Shown here in pieces: positions 13,915 through 23,144 of a stretch of 32,488 nucleotides of DNA; positions within the stretch are counted from its first letter, which is position 1, and every line of letters begins with the position of its first letter. The stretch comes from a virus. The translations under genes and the position numbers were made by a program. The stretch lies in the UHGV virus genome UHGV-0151217; one strand, written 5' to 3'. The notes under the pieces are model-generated. The model saw nothing but the letters and a program-made list of their open reading frames with translations, did not search any database and had not been told where the DNA came from.

Positions 13915-15555
13915 GTGGCAAAACGTAAACTTTCCATTAAAGAGTTTCAGAGAAGCCTGCAGGAGTACATCGCCAACCTCCGCCAGACCATCGAGGCTGA
14001 ATGTCTGGGGTTCGATGTTAACCCGCAGGCCACACAGGCCCGCCGGGCGGCAGTCTGCGACCCGGTGACGGGCTACGATTATTTTGTCGAAAATTATTTC
14101 CCGCACTACGTCCGCAACCCGGCAAAAAGTGAGCTGCATAAATACCTGTTCAGCCGTCTGCCACAGGTTGTGGCAAGCCCGGACCCGGAGAACGACGCCA
14201 TCGCCGCGCCCCGTGGTGAAGCAAAATCCACGCTGGTGACTCAGCTGTTTACCCTGTGGACCATTATCCGGGCCATTAAGCATTACCCGGTCATCATTAT
14301 GGACAGTATCGACCAGGCTTATCCGATGCTGGAAGCCATCAAGGCTGAACTGGAGTTTAACCCCCGTTTAAAAAACGATTTCCCGGAAGTGTGCGGGCAG
14401 GGTCGCGTCTGGCGTATGGGGACCATCGTCACGGCCAACAATATCAAGGTGACCGTTGCCGGTAGTGGTAAAAAACTGCGTGGTCTGCGCCACGGCCCGT
14501 ACCGTCCTGACCTGGTTATCCTCGACGATATCGAGAACGACGAGATGGTGCGTAACCCGGAGCAGCGCGACAAGCTGCATGACTGGCTCACCAAAACCGT
14601 GATGCCGCTGGGCGAGGCTGGCGGTAAAACCGATATTATTTATATCGGAACCATCCTGCATTACGACTCCGTACTGTCGCGCACGCTGAATAATCCGATG
14701 TGGAAAACGGCCCGCTTTAAGGCCGTTATTCAGTGGCCTGCCAACATGAAGCTGTGGGACGAGTGGGAAGAACTCATCCGCAACAAACAGCCGGAAGCAG
14801 CGGAGGCACTTTACCGGCAGAACGAAGCCGACATGCTCGCCGGGTCGGTGGTGTCATGGGCGGCGCGTCCCCTGCTGGCGCTGATGAAAATCCGTGTCCG
14901 TGACGGTCACGACACCTTTGATTCTGAATACCAGAACGACCCGGTCAGCGGTGAAGATGCGCTGTTTGCGGGCTGCATTAAGTTCTGGGTTAACCGTCTT
15001 GATGAATGGGTGTTCTACGGCGCTGTTGACCCCAGTCTCGGGAAGAAGAATAAAAACCGCGACCCGTCGGCCATTCTCGTGGGGGGCTTTAACCGTTTTA
15101 CCGGCATACTGGATGTGGTTGAAGCCGATATCCGCCGGCGTCTGCCAGATAAACTTATCGAAGACGTGATTAAGTATCAGCGGGAATATCACTGCCTGTG
15201 CTGGTCGTTTGAGTCCGTTCAGTTTCAGGAGTTTCTGCGTACCGTGCTGGTTGAGCGTTCGGCGGCGCTGGGTGTGCCGGTTCCGGCGCTGCCGGTCATC
15301 CCGCTGGAGGATAAAGCGCTGCGTATCGAATCCCTTCAGCCGCATATGGCCAACGGCCTGATTCGTATCAGCCACACACATCAGACGCTGATTGACCAGC
15401 TGCGCCACTACCCCAAAGCCGACCACGATGATGGCCCGGACTGTCTGCACATGCTGTGGACGCTGGCGGTATCGCGCAGCGCAAAATTTCAGATACACAC
15501 CCCACGCAGCACCGGGCGTGACCGTGGCGGGCGTTTTGGTTCAGGAGGATGGTAA
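13915..15555 (+). CDS. Terminase large subunit (Mu gp28-like)
   Basis: About 546 aa from GTG 13915, immediately after the methylase stop (the ORF is open from TTG 13858). Walker A-like APRGEAKST and acidic nuclease-type motifs. Confidence 0.8.
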   Translation: MAKRKLSIKEFQRSLQEYIANLRQTIEAECLGFDVNPQATQARRAAVCDPVTGYDYFVENYFPHYVRNPAKSELHKYLFSRLPQVVASPDPENDAIAAPRGEAKSTLVTQLFTLWTIIRAIKHYPVIIMDSIDQAYPMLEAIKAELEFNPRLKNDFPEVCGQGRVWRMGTIVTANNIKVTVAGSGKKLRGLRHGPYRPDLVILDDIENDEMVRNPEQRDKLHDWLTKTVMPLGEAGGKTDIIYIGTILHYDSVLSRTLNNPMWKTARFKAVIQWPANMKLWDEWEELIRNKQPEAAEALYRQNEADMLAGSVVSWAARPLLALMKIRVRDGHDTFDSEYQNDPVSGEDALFAGCIKFWVNRLDEWVFYGAVDPSLGKKNKNRDPSAILVGGFNRFTGILDVVEADIRRRLPDKLIEDVIKYQREYHCLCWSFESVQFQEFLRTVLVERSAALGVPVPALPVIPLEDKALRIESLQPHMANGLIRISHTHQTLIDQLRHYPKADHDDGPDCLHMLWTLAVSRSAKFQIHTPRSTGRDRGGRFGSGGW

Positions 15556-17150
15556 TGGCACAGCTTGTTGATATTTACGGACGCCCGCTGAAACGTGAGG
15601 CACTCAAAACCACGCAGTCGGTCCGGGTGGCGGAACGGCTGCGCATTTATCCCGACCACCCGTCGCGTGGTCTGAACATCAGAAAACTGCCGCGCATTCT
15701 GGAAGCAGCCGAACGCGGTTATCTTCCGGCGCAGGCGATGCTGTTTGCGGATATGGAAGAACGTGACGGCCATCTGTTCGCCGAGATGGAAAAGCGCAAA
15801 AAAGCGTTGCTGACGCTGGACTGGTCGGTGGAGCCACCCCGCAATGCCTCGAAGGCTGAAAAGGAGCTGGCCGCCGCCGTGGATGAGTGGCTGCACGGTA
15901 TCCCGGATATGGAGGACATCATCCTCAACGGGATGAGCAGTGTCGGTTACGGTTTCAGCTGTCAGGAAATCAGCTGGGCGTTCGTGGACAAAACGTGGCT
16001 ACCGGATGCGGTAACGCTGCGACCGCATAACTGGTTTATTACCCTGCCGGAACACAATGACGAACTCCGGCTGGATGACGGCAACTGTGGGGAAGATGGT
16101 AAAGACGGTTCCGCGCTGTGGCCGTTCGGCTGGCTGGTTCATCGTTACAACGCCCGGTCGGGGTTCCTGGGTTCATCCGGCCTGTTCCGCGTACTGGTCT
16201 GGCCGTATCTGTTTAAAAACTTTGCGCTGCGTGATATGGCGGAATTTCTGGAGATTTACGGTCTTCCGGCGCGCATTGCCTACTATGCACAGGGCACCAG
16301 TGATGCTGACCGGGACAACATTCTCGAAGCCCTGGTCAATCTGGGCCATGAAGCGGTGGCAGCACTCCCTCAGGGTAACGAGATTGAATTCAAGGAGGCC
16401 GCCTCCGGCGGGCCGGAGGCGTTCATGTCGATGGTGGAATGGGCGGAGCGTACCACCTCAAAAGTGATCCTGGGCAGTACACTGACCAGTCAGGCCGACG
16501 GCAAATCCTCCACCAACGCGCTGGGTAATGTGCATAACGAGGTCCGGCACGACATTCTGACCGCCGATGCTCGCCAGCTGTCCGGCATGTTCAGTAGTCT
16601 GATACAGATGATGGCCAATCTCAACGGCTGGCAGGATATCCCACCGCGTCGCCTGCCACGTCTGGTGTTTGATGTGCAGCAGGAAGCCGACATTAAGAGT
16701 GTGGCAGAAGCCGTCAGCGTGCTGGTTAACAATGTGGGGATGAAGGATATCCCGGTGTCGTGGGTACGCCAAAAAACCGGTATTCCCACCCCGAAAGACG
16801 GCGAAGAGGTACTGGTGCCGGTAGCTCAGCGTCTCCCTGTGCAGGCTGGTCTCAGCCAGCTGCGTGAACGGCTGAATATTGCCGTGCTCAGTCAGCAGGA
16901 CAACGGGGAGGACGACCCGGCACAGCGCGCCATTGACCGGGCAGAACTTCCGGCAGAGGCCATTGCGCAGGGGATGAACGAACTGGTGGCACCTCTGGTG
17001 CAGGCCATACAGGAAGGTCGTGATGCAGATGAGGCCATGAACGTACTGGCGGAAGCCTGGCCGGAACTGCCGGATGACACGCTGCGGCAGTTGCTGACAC
17101 AGGCGTTCTTTGTGGCGGATATCTGGGGGAGACTGAATGCCGACAGCTGA
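15555..17150 (+). CDS. Portal protein (Mu gp29-like, DUF935)
   Basis: About 531 aa with RBS CAGGAGGA. Start overlaps the terminase stop. Alternative start 15549. Confidence 0.85.
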   Translation: MAQLVDIYGRPLKREALKTTQSVRVAERLRIYPDHPSRGLNIRKLPRILEAAERGYLPAQAMLFADMEERDGHLFAEMEKRKKALLTLDWSVEPPRNASKAEKELAAAVDEWLHGIPDMEDIILNGMSSVGYGFSCQEISWAFVDKTWLPDAVTLRPHNWFITLPEHNDELRLDDGNCGEDGKDGSALWPFGWLVHRYNARSGFLGSSGLFRVLVWPYLFKNFALRDMAEFLEIYGLPARIAYYAQGTSDADRDNILEALVNLGHEAVAALPQGNEIEFKEAASGGPEAFMSMVEWAERTTSKVILGSTLTSQADGKSSTNALGNVHNEVRHDILTADARQLSGMFSSLIQMMANLNGWQDIPPRRLPRLVFDVQQEADIKSVAEAVSVLVNNVGMKDIPVSWVRQKTGIPTPKDGEEVLVPVAQRLPVQAGLSQLRERLNIAVLSQQDNGEDDPAQRAIDRAELPAEAIAQGMNELVAPLVQAIQEGRDADEAMNVLAEAWPELPDDTLRQLLTQAFFVADIWGRLNADS

Positions 17151-18303
17151 CGATGTTGACCTGGGTTATGCGTACACCCTGAAACCGGAAGAAGCGATTA
17201 GGTATTTCGAAAGCAAGGGATACGTTATCGGCTTCCGCTGGCACGATGTGAGGGACATCGCCAGTGCCCGGGCGTTCACGGTGGCAGGCGTGCTGAAACT
17301 GGATGTTCTGAAGGATATCCGTGATGGCCTGACGACGGCACTGGCTGATGGCGGGACGTTCCGGGAGTTTGCAGCACAACTGGAACCACTGCTGGAATCA
17401 AAAGGCTGGCTGGGTAAAAAGCTGATTGTGGACGAGGACACCGGCGAACTGCACGGCAGACAGCTGACGCCGCGCCGGTTGCGCACGATATTTGATACCA
17501 ACATTCAGTCGTCCTACAACGCCGGACGTTATCAGCAGCAGATGGCGAACGTGGCTGACCGGCCTTATTTTGAGCGCGTGGCGGTGATGGACCTTCACAC
17601 CCGCCCGAAACACGCCGCCCTGAACGGTTTTACCGCCCGGGCGGATGATCCGGTCTGGGAGTATCTCTACGCGCCGGACGGGTACGGATGCCGCTGCCGT
17701 ATCCGGGCGCGTTCGGCGTCGGATGTGGAGAAATATGGCCTGACGGTGCAGAGCAGCGAGGGGCGGCTGGTTGAGGTTGAGCAGGAATATGGCCAGCCGG
17801 GCCAGACCATCAGAACGATGGGGCTGAAAATGCCGGACGGATCCGTGTATACCGCCGACCCGGGCTTTGGATTTAATCCCGGTCGGGTGGCATGGCAGCC
17901 GGAACTGGAAAAATATGATTACCGCAGCGCCCGCCAGTATGTCACCGGCACGCTGACCGGGCCGGATTTTGCCCGGGGACTGGCGAACGTCAGCGAACTG
18001 GATGCGCGCCAGCGATATCCGCTGGCCATCCGTTCACCGGAACAGGTCGCCGCCACGGGCGCTGCACGGCAGACGGTAAACCTTACGGCTGACGTCATGC
18101 AGCGCCTCAGCGCAGCAGACACGCCCCCGACCGCCGCCGACTATGCGCTGATGCAGCAGACCATCGAACGGGCGGAGCATGTCACGCAGGACGGTAACGC
18201 GTGGCGGTATGCGTTACAGTCAGGCGACCGCTGGTCGGTGGTGACGGTTGAGGATGGCACGCTGACAGACTGGGTGATGCAGGACACCCCGGAGGCATCA
18301 TGA
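17137..18303 (+). CDS. Head morphogenesis protein (Mu F-like)
   Basis: 388 aa with RBS GGGGAGA, overlapping the portal 3' end. Sequence is typical of the Mu F / SPP1 gp7 head morphogenesis family. Confidence 0.8.
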   Translation: MPTADDVDLGYAYTLKPEEAIRYFESKGYVIGFRWHDVRDIASARAFTVAGVLKLDVLKDIRDGLTTALADGGTFREFAAQLEPLLESKGWLGKKLIVDEDTGELHGRQLTPRRLRTIFDTNIQSSYNAGRYQQQMANVADRPYFERVAVMDLHTRPKHAALNGFTARADDPVWEYLYAPDGYGCRCRIRARSASDVEKYGLTVQSSEGRLVEVEQEYGQPGQTIRTMGLKMPDGSVYTADPGFGFNPGRVAWQPELEKYDYRSARQYVTGTLTGPDFARGLANVSELDARQRYPLAIRSPEQVAATGAARQTVNLTADVMQRLSAADTPPTAADYALMQQTIERAEHVTQDGNAWRYALQSGDRWSVVTVEDGTLTDWVMQDTPEAS

Positions 18304-18851
18304 GCACCGGTAAACTGGATATTAAGATTGATTTAAGCGCGTATAACACCACGCTGGGGAAACTGATTCGTTCCGTGAAGGACCGGCGCGACCTGATGAC
18401 GGCACTTGCAGGCTCCATGCTGGATGCGGTTGAAACTAACTTTGAACAACAGGGTCGCCCGAAATGGATGGGCTGGAGTCCGGCCTATGCGAAACGGCGC
18501 GGCCCCGGGCAAATCCTTCAGAAGTCCGGGCGACTGGCTGCCAGTATCCGCTCTGCGGTTAACAATAACGAGGCCACGGTCGGGACAAACGTCCGTTATG
18601 CCCGTATCCACAACGAAGGCGGCGAAATACGCCATCAGGCACGGACGCAGAACCTGTATTTTAAGCAGTACAGGAACGGCAGCGTCAGCACCCGCTTTGT
18701 GAAGAAGCGCAACAGTAATTTTGTACAGAGCGCAACGGTCGGAGCGTATACGGTCAACATGCCCGCGCGCCCCTTCCTTCAGCTTGTACAGGACGACATC
18801 GACGAGCTGGAGAACACCGCAAACCGCTATTTTGCGCGTGTGATTGACTGA
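18300..18851 (+). CDS. Virion morphogenesis protein (Mu G-like)
   Basis: 183 aa with RBS GGAGG and an ATGA overlap with F. Position and size match Mu gpG. Confidence 0.7.
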   Translation: MSTGKLDIKIDLSAYNTTLGKLIRSVKDRRDLMTALAGSMLDAVETNFEQQGRPKWMGWSPAYAKRRGPGQILQKSGRLAASIRSAVNNNEATVGTNVRYARIHNEGGEIRHQARTQNLYFKQYRNGSVSTRFVKKRNSNFVQSATVGAYTVNMPARPFLQLVQDDIDELENTANRYFARVID

Positions 18852-19004
18852 ATGACCAGAAGCGCGCTGTAATCGCTTCTGACGACATAAACGCCTCACG
18901 GATGAGGCATTGCAGCACCGCACCCCATAAATGCCGCCAGAATCGTTTTTAAAAGGGTTTTAAAAACGGTTTTATTTCCCCTTTTATCCTTTCCCGTTAT
19001 GGCA

Positions 19005-19031
19005 GGGTGCTGAACACCCTCCACAGTACCC
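19005..19031 (+). promoter_or_regulatory. Conserved late-region motif, copy B
   Basis: GGGTGCTGAACACCCTCCACAGTACCC, 21 bp upstream of the first in-frame ATG of the I-like gene. Confidence 0.4.
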
Positions 19032-19051
19032 CGTGTTCCCCTTCCGTCATC

Positions 19052-20176
19052 ATGCCGCGCATGAAGATGAACATTGCGGCGTTAAGCCTCGAAATTACTA
19101 AAGCAACCCACAGCGAAATCCAGCTGTTTCCGGCAGGCGAGTTCAGCGCGGTGGATGGTCGCCCGTATACCGATGAAGTCGAAAGCGGTAAATGGGTGCT
19201 GACTGCCGGACTGGCCGCGCAGCTTGTCGCACAGGTGGCAGCCCGTACCACGCCTTTTGTCATTGATTACGAACATCAGACGCTGCGCGCCGTAAACAAC
19301 GGCAAGCCTGCCCCGGCGGCGGGCTGGTTCAGCCAGGTGGAATGGCGTGAAGGTTCGGGCCTGTATGCCATCGGTGTGGAGTGGACGGAGAACGCGGCGG
19401 CCATGATTGCCGCCGGAGAGTACAAATTTATTTCCCCGGTATTTGGATACAACCGGCGCGGCGAAGTCATCGAACTGTTACACGCCGCACTGACCAATAC
19501 CCCGGCGCTGGACGGTATGGACGCGGTCATGCTGGCTGCGGCCAGCCGTCTGGCGAGTCTGTCAACTGAAACGGAGACCACAACAGTGGATGAAGAACTG
19601 TTAAACGATTTGCTGTCCAGTCTGCGCTGGATGCTTAACCTCCCGGTTACCTCAACGGCGGAAGATATCAAAAACGAGCTGCAAAAGGTCGTTGACATGA
19701 TTTCGAACGGTCAGGGAACGGCGGCGGCATCCGTCAGCCTGCTGGCCCTGCTGAATCAGAAAGATGAGCAAATCGCCAGCCTGTCAGCCAGTGCCTATGA
19801 CCCGTCAAAACACATTTCCCTTGCTGCCTTCGAAGAACTTCAGGGGCGTTATGCCGCACTGGCGCAACAGTCCGGTGAGGCCGAAGCCGGGGCACTGATT
19901 CAGGCGGCGCTGTCTGACGGGCGACTGCTTCCGGCACAGGAAGACTGGGCGAAAGATTACGCCAGCCGCGATATCAACGGCTTTAAGTCCTGGCTGGATA
20001 ACGCACCGAAACTTGTTGCGCTCAGTCAGACCCAGACGGGCGGCAAACCACCCCAAACGCCGTCACCGGCCCCGGCGCAGATTAAAACCGGCGATGACGT
20101 CGATATCGATATCGCCATTTGTTCAATGATGGGCGTTGATCCAGAAGATATCGCCCGTTACGCAGGAGAAAAGTAA
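19052..20176 (+). CDS. Mu I-like protein (head protease / scaffold)
   Basis: About 374 aa. Start is uncertain (in-frame ATGs at 19052, 19061, 19067; no clear SD). Ala-rich C-terminal half. Lies between G and the capsid gene as in Mu. Confidence 0.75.
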   Translation: MPRMKMNIAALSLEITKATHSEIQLFPAGEFSAVDGRPYTDEVESGKWVLTAGLAAQLVAQVAARTTPFVIDYEHQTLRAVNNGKPAPAAGWFSQVEWREGSGLYAIGVEWTENAAAMIAAGEYKFISPVFGYNRRGEVIELLHAALTNTPALDGMDAVMLAAASRLASLSTETETTTVDEELLNDLLSSLRWMLNLPVTSTAEDIKNELQKVVDMISNGQGTAAASVSLLALLNQKDEQIASLSASAYDPSKHISLAAFEELQGRYAALAQQSGEAEAGALIQAALSDGRLLPAQEDWAKDYASRDINGFKSWLDNAPKLVALSQTQTGGKPPQTPSPAPAQIKTGDDVDIDIAICSMMGVDPEDIARYAGEK

Positions 20177-20572
20177 ATGGATCGTAATACCCCCTATCGT
20201 GACGGCGAACTGAACCCGGTGCCGGTTGCCGCTGCGACCGAAATTTTTGGCGGTCATATGGTGGCCGTTAACGCATCCGGTTATGCCGTTCCGGCCAGTG
20301 CCACGGCCTCACAGATTACGCTGGGCGTGTCTGATGGCTGGGTGGATAACAGCAAGGGCAGCGATGGCGACGCCACCGTTCTGGTGCGTTGCGGCAAAGC
20401 CTTTCTGATGGCGAACAGCACCTCAGATCCGGTCACGCAATCGCAGGTCGGCAAGCTGTGCTACGTGGAAGACAGCGTGACCGTGGCAAAAACCGACAAC
20501 AGCAGCGCCCGCCCTGTCGCCGGGAAAGTGATCGGCATCGGTGACGATGGCGTCTGGGTTCATTTCAGTTAA
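20177..20572 (+). CDS. Small head protein (Mu Z position; possibly DUF2190-like structural/decoration protein)
   Basis: 131 aa with RBS AGGAGA, beta-rich Gly/Val/Ala composition, directly before the major capsid gene. Confidence 0.55.
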   Translation: MDRNTPYRDGELNPVPVAAATEIFGGHMVAVNASGYAVPASATASQITLGVSDGWVDNSKGSDGDATVLVRCGKAFLMANSTSDPVTQSQVGKLCYVEDSVTVAKTDNSSARPVAGKVIGIGDDGVWVHFS

Positions 20573-20582
20573 GGAGCGAAAC

Positions 20583-21491
20583 GTGTTAGTTAACGCTAAA
20601 AACCTCAACCAGATTTTTATCAATCTTAAGACCACCTATCAGAAAGCCTTCGACCAGACCCCCACTGACTGGCAAAAAGTGGCAATGGAAGTGCCATCAG
20701 GCAGCAAGGAGAACGACTACAGCTGGTTGAGTCGTTTCCCGAAAATGCGCGAGTGGGTCGGTGATAAAAACGTTAAATCTCTGGAAGCCTTCAACTACAC
20801 CATCCGCAACAAGGACTGGGAAGCCACGGTTGAAGTCGATCGTAACGACATCGAGGACGACCAGATTATGGGCTATGCCCTTCAGGCCAGAGACGCGGGC
20901 CAGTCAGCGGCAGAACTCCCGGCAGATATTGTGGCGTCCCTTATCAATAACGGTTTTACCAGTCCCTGTTACGACGGCCAGATGTTCTTTGATACCGACC
21001 ACCTGGTCGCCGGTAAATCGGTGTCCAACAAAGGCACCAAAAAACTCAAAGTGGGGTCGCTTGCTGAAGCAAAAGCCTCCTACGGTGCTGCCCGTACGGC
21101 CATGCGCAGTCTGAAAGATGACGAAGGCGCGTCTCTCAGAATCCGTCCGAATCTGCTGGTTGTGCCACCTGCGCTGGAAGATGACGCGAACTACCTGATG
21201 ACCGCCGAGAAGTTCCCGGACGGTACGCCGAACCCGTACCGCAACACCGCTGAAGTGCTGGTGATGCCGGAGCTGACGTCGGATTCTGCGTGGTTCCTGT
21301 TCGACACCTCCCGCTCGGTCAAGCCGCTGATCTTCCAGCAGCGTAAGAAACCGGTTTTTGTGGAGCAGACGGACTACAACAGCGACAACGTATTCATGCG
21401 TAAGAAGTTTCGGTTTGGTGCCGAAGCGCGCTGTAACGGCGGTTACGGCTTCTGGCAGATGGCATTTGGTTCTGATGGTACGACGGAGTAA
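20583..21491 (+). CDS. Major capsid protein (Mu T-like)
   Basis: About 302 aa from GTG 20583 with a strong RBS (AAGGAG, 6-nt spacing). The ORF is open from 20541. Position and size match the Mu major head subunit. Confidence 0.8.
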   Translation: MLVNAKNLNQIFINLKTTYQKAFDQTPTDWQKVAMEVPSGSKENDYSWLSRFPKMREWVGDKNVKSLEAFNYTIRNKDWEATVEVDRNDIEDDQIMGYALQARDAGQSAAELPADIVASLINNGFTSPCYDGQMFFDTDHLVAGKSVSNKGTKKLKVGSLAEAKASYGAARTAMRSLKDDEGASLRIRPNLLVVPPALEDDANYLMTAEKFPDGTPNPYRNTAEVLVMPELTSDSAWFLFDTSRSVKPLIFQQRKKPVFVEQTDYNSDNVFMRKKFRFGAEARCNGGYGFWQMAFGSDGTTE

Positions 21492-21494
21492 TGC

Positions 21495-21836
21495 ATGGAA
21501 AAGGTGATTGAAATTACCGCCCGCCGTGAGGGTTTTCGCCGCTGCGGTGTGGCACACAGCGCAACCACGAAGGCATGGCCTGCGGATGCGTTCACCCCGG
21601 AACAGCTGGCGGTGCTGAAGGCTGACCCCATGCTGATTGTGGTGGAGCGCGATAAAGCATCCGGCCAGAACGACGCGGCCCGGGGGGATGAACTGGCCGC
21701 ACAGCTGGATGCCGAGCGTCAGAAAGTCAGCGAACTGACAGCGCAGCTGGAAGAAGAACGCCAGAAAGTCAGTGAACTGACCGCACAGTTGAACGCCGCA
21801 CAGAAAACACAAAAAGCGGACAAAAAGGAGAAGTAA
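21495..21836 (+). CDS. Hypothetical coiled-coil protein with internal tandem repeat
   Basis: 113 aa with RBS GGAG. Contains QLDAERQKVSELTAQLEEERQKVSELTAQL, a duplicated heptad-like unit. Confidence 0.55.
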   Translation: MEKVIEITARREGFRRCGVAHSATTKAWPADAFTPEQLAVLKADPMLIVVERDKASGQNDAARGDELAAQLDAERQKVSELTAQLEEERQKVSELTAQLNAAQKTQKADKKEK

Positions 21837-21839
21837 CCC

Positions 21840-22271
21840 ATGTCTTACGCCACACCGGAACAGTTCATCAGGGCATTCAGTGAACGCGAGGCACGCACAC
21901 TGACGGATGAAGACATGACGGGATTCATCGACGAAGAAAAACTGGCCTCCGCGCTTGCACGCGCCAGTGCCCAGATTGATGGCTATCTGGTGGGGCGTTA
22001 CCGGACCCCGTGGCCTGACAGCCCGGGGAGTCTGGTGGGTTACTGCTGCGATATCGCCCGTTATCACCTGGCGACCGATTACCGTATCTGCTCAGAAGAA
22101 ATTCAGATGCGCTACCGGGATGCCATCCGCTTTCTGGAGAAAGTTGCGGCAGGACAAATCAACCTCGGACGGGATACGTCCGGCAGCGTGATCCAGTCAT
22201 CGTCACAGGTGCGTATCCGCTCCGGCTCCCGTCAGTTCGGGCGTGAGTCCACACGGGGAGGTGCATTCTGA
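21840..22271 (+). CDS. Mu gp36-like protein (DUF1320; head-tail joining region)
   Basis: 143 aa with RBS AAGGAGAAG. Position after the capsid gene. Confidence 0.65.
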   Translation: MSYATPEQFIRAFSEREARTLTDEDMTGFIDEEKLASALARASAQIDGYLVGRYRTPWPDSPGSLVGYCCDIARYHLATDYRICSEEIQMRYRDAIRFLEKVAAGQINLGRDTSGSVIQSSSQVRIRSGSRQFGRESTRGGAF

Positions 22272-22324
22272 TTACTGAAATTGAACGGGCGCTGGTTGAG
22301 CGTCTGCGCTGTGGTCTGGGGCAT

Positions 22325-22921
22325 ATGGTGCAGGAGGTCCGCACCTATGCCGGTGAACTGGATGAAGACCCGGGCCGGATTGTTCGCAGCCTTCCGGCAG
22401 CCTGGGTGACGTTCGGCGGCATCGTGAAAACCGAACGCTATTCCACGTCACGCCGGAAATACATTGCCACCGGACGCTTTGTGGTTGTGGTGGGTGATTA
22501 CAACACCCGCAGCGAACAGAGCGCCAGACAGGGAGGCACCGTCCGGGATGAAGTCGGGGCAAACCAGCTGGTTGAATCCGTCCGCCGCCTGCTGACCGGT
22601 CAGGATTTGGGGCTGGAGATTGATTATTTCGAACCCGGGCGGGTCAGAACGCTGTTTAACACCGGCGTGGCAGAGCGGGCAATGTCCGTATTTGCCTGTG
22701 AGTTCGATACCCGCTGGGTGGAGCACGCGCTGGCGAACGGCAAATGGCCGGAGCGCGGCGCAGAAGCGGATCGCCTCTTCAACCGCTACCACGGCAGGCT
22801 GTCAGACCCTGACCCGGAACTGCTGAACCTTGGCATCCGGTACCAGGTGCAGGACAGCGACGCTGAAATATCAGGGCTGACTGAATTAAGAGAGCAACAG
22901 CATGAACAAAATGAAGGTTAA
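22325..22921 (+). CDS. Mu gp37-like protein (DUF1834); true start probably upstream at a non-canonical codon
   Basis: First ATG is at 22325, but the frame is open and protein-like from 22271 (ITEIERALVERLRCGLGH) with no ATG, GTG or TTG. Confidence 0.6.
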   Translation: MVQEVRTYAGELDEDPGRIVRSLPAAWVTFGGIVKTERYSTSRRKYIATGRFVVVVGDYNTRSEQSARQGGTVRDEVGANQLVESVRRLLTGQDLGLEIDYFEPGRVRTLFNTGVAERAMSVFACEFDTRWVEHALANGKWPERGAEADRLFNRYHGRLSDPDPELLNLGIRYQVQDSDAEISGLTELREQQHEQNEG

Positions 22922-23144
22922 GGCGGCTCCCGGGATGAAGTTCCCGATGGAGGATAACGCCCGGAAATACATCACTACGGAAGCGGTGACCGTTGAGAAC
23001 ACCGCTTATTACCGGCGCGCCGTTCAGGACGGTGACCTGATTCTGGTGAAGGATGAGTCTGAAGCCACCGTGACGGCTGAACAGGACGCCGTGCAGGTAA
23101 AAGCGAAGGTGAAGAAAGAGAAACAGGTGGGTTCCGATGAGTGA
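22902..23144 (+). CDS. Mu gp38-like small protein (DUF2635-like)
   Basis: 80-aa ORF overlapping its neighbours, with a Lys-rich C-terminus. Confidence 0.5.
   Translation: MNKMKVKAAPGMKFPMEDNARKYITTEAVTVENTAYYRRAVQDGDLILVKDESEATVTAEQDAVQVKAKVKKEKQVGSDE

Noticed and set aside
14854-15498. 214-aa minus-strand ORF
   Set aside because: Antisense to the large terminase gene; R/Q-rich low-complexity translation.
20904-22067. 387-aa minus-strand ORF
   Set aside because: Antisense to the capsid, coiled-coil and gp36-like genes. Cys/Arg/His-rich translation typical of an antisense frame in GC-rich coding DNA, with no RBS or operon context.
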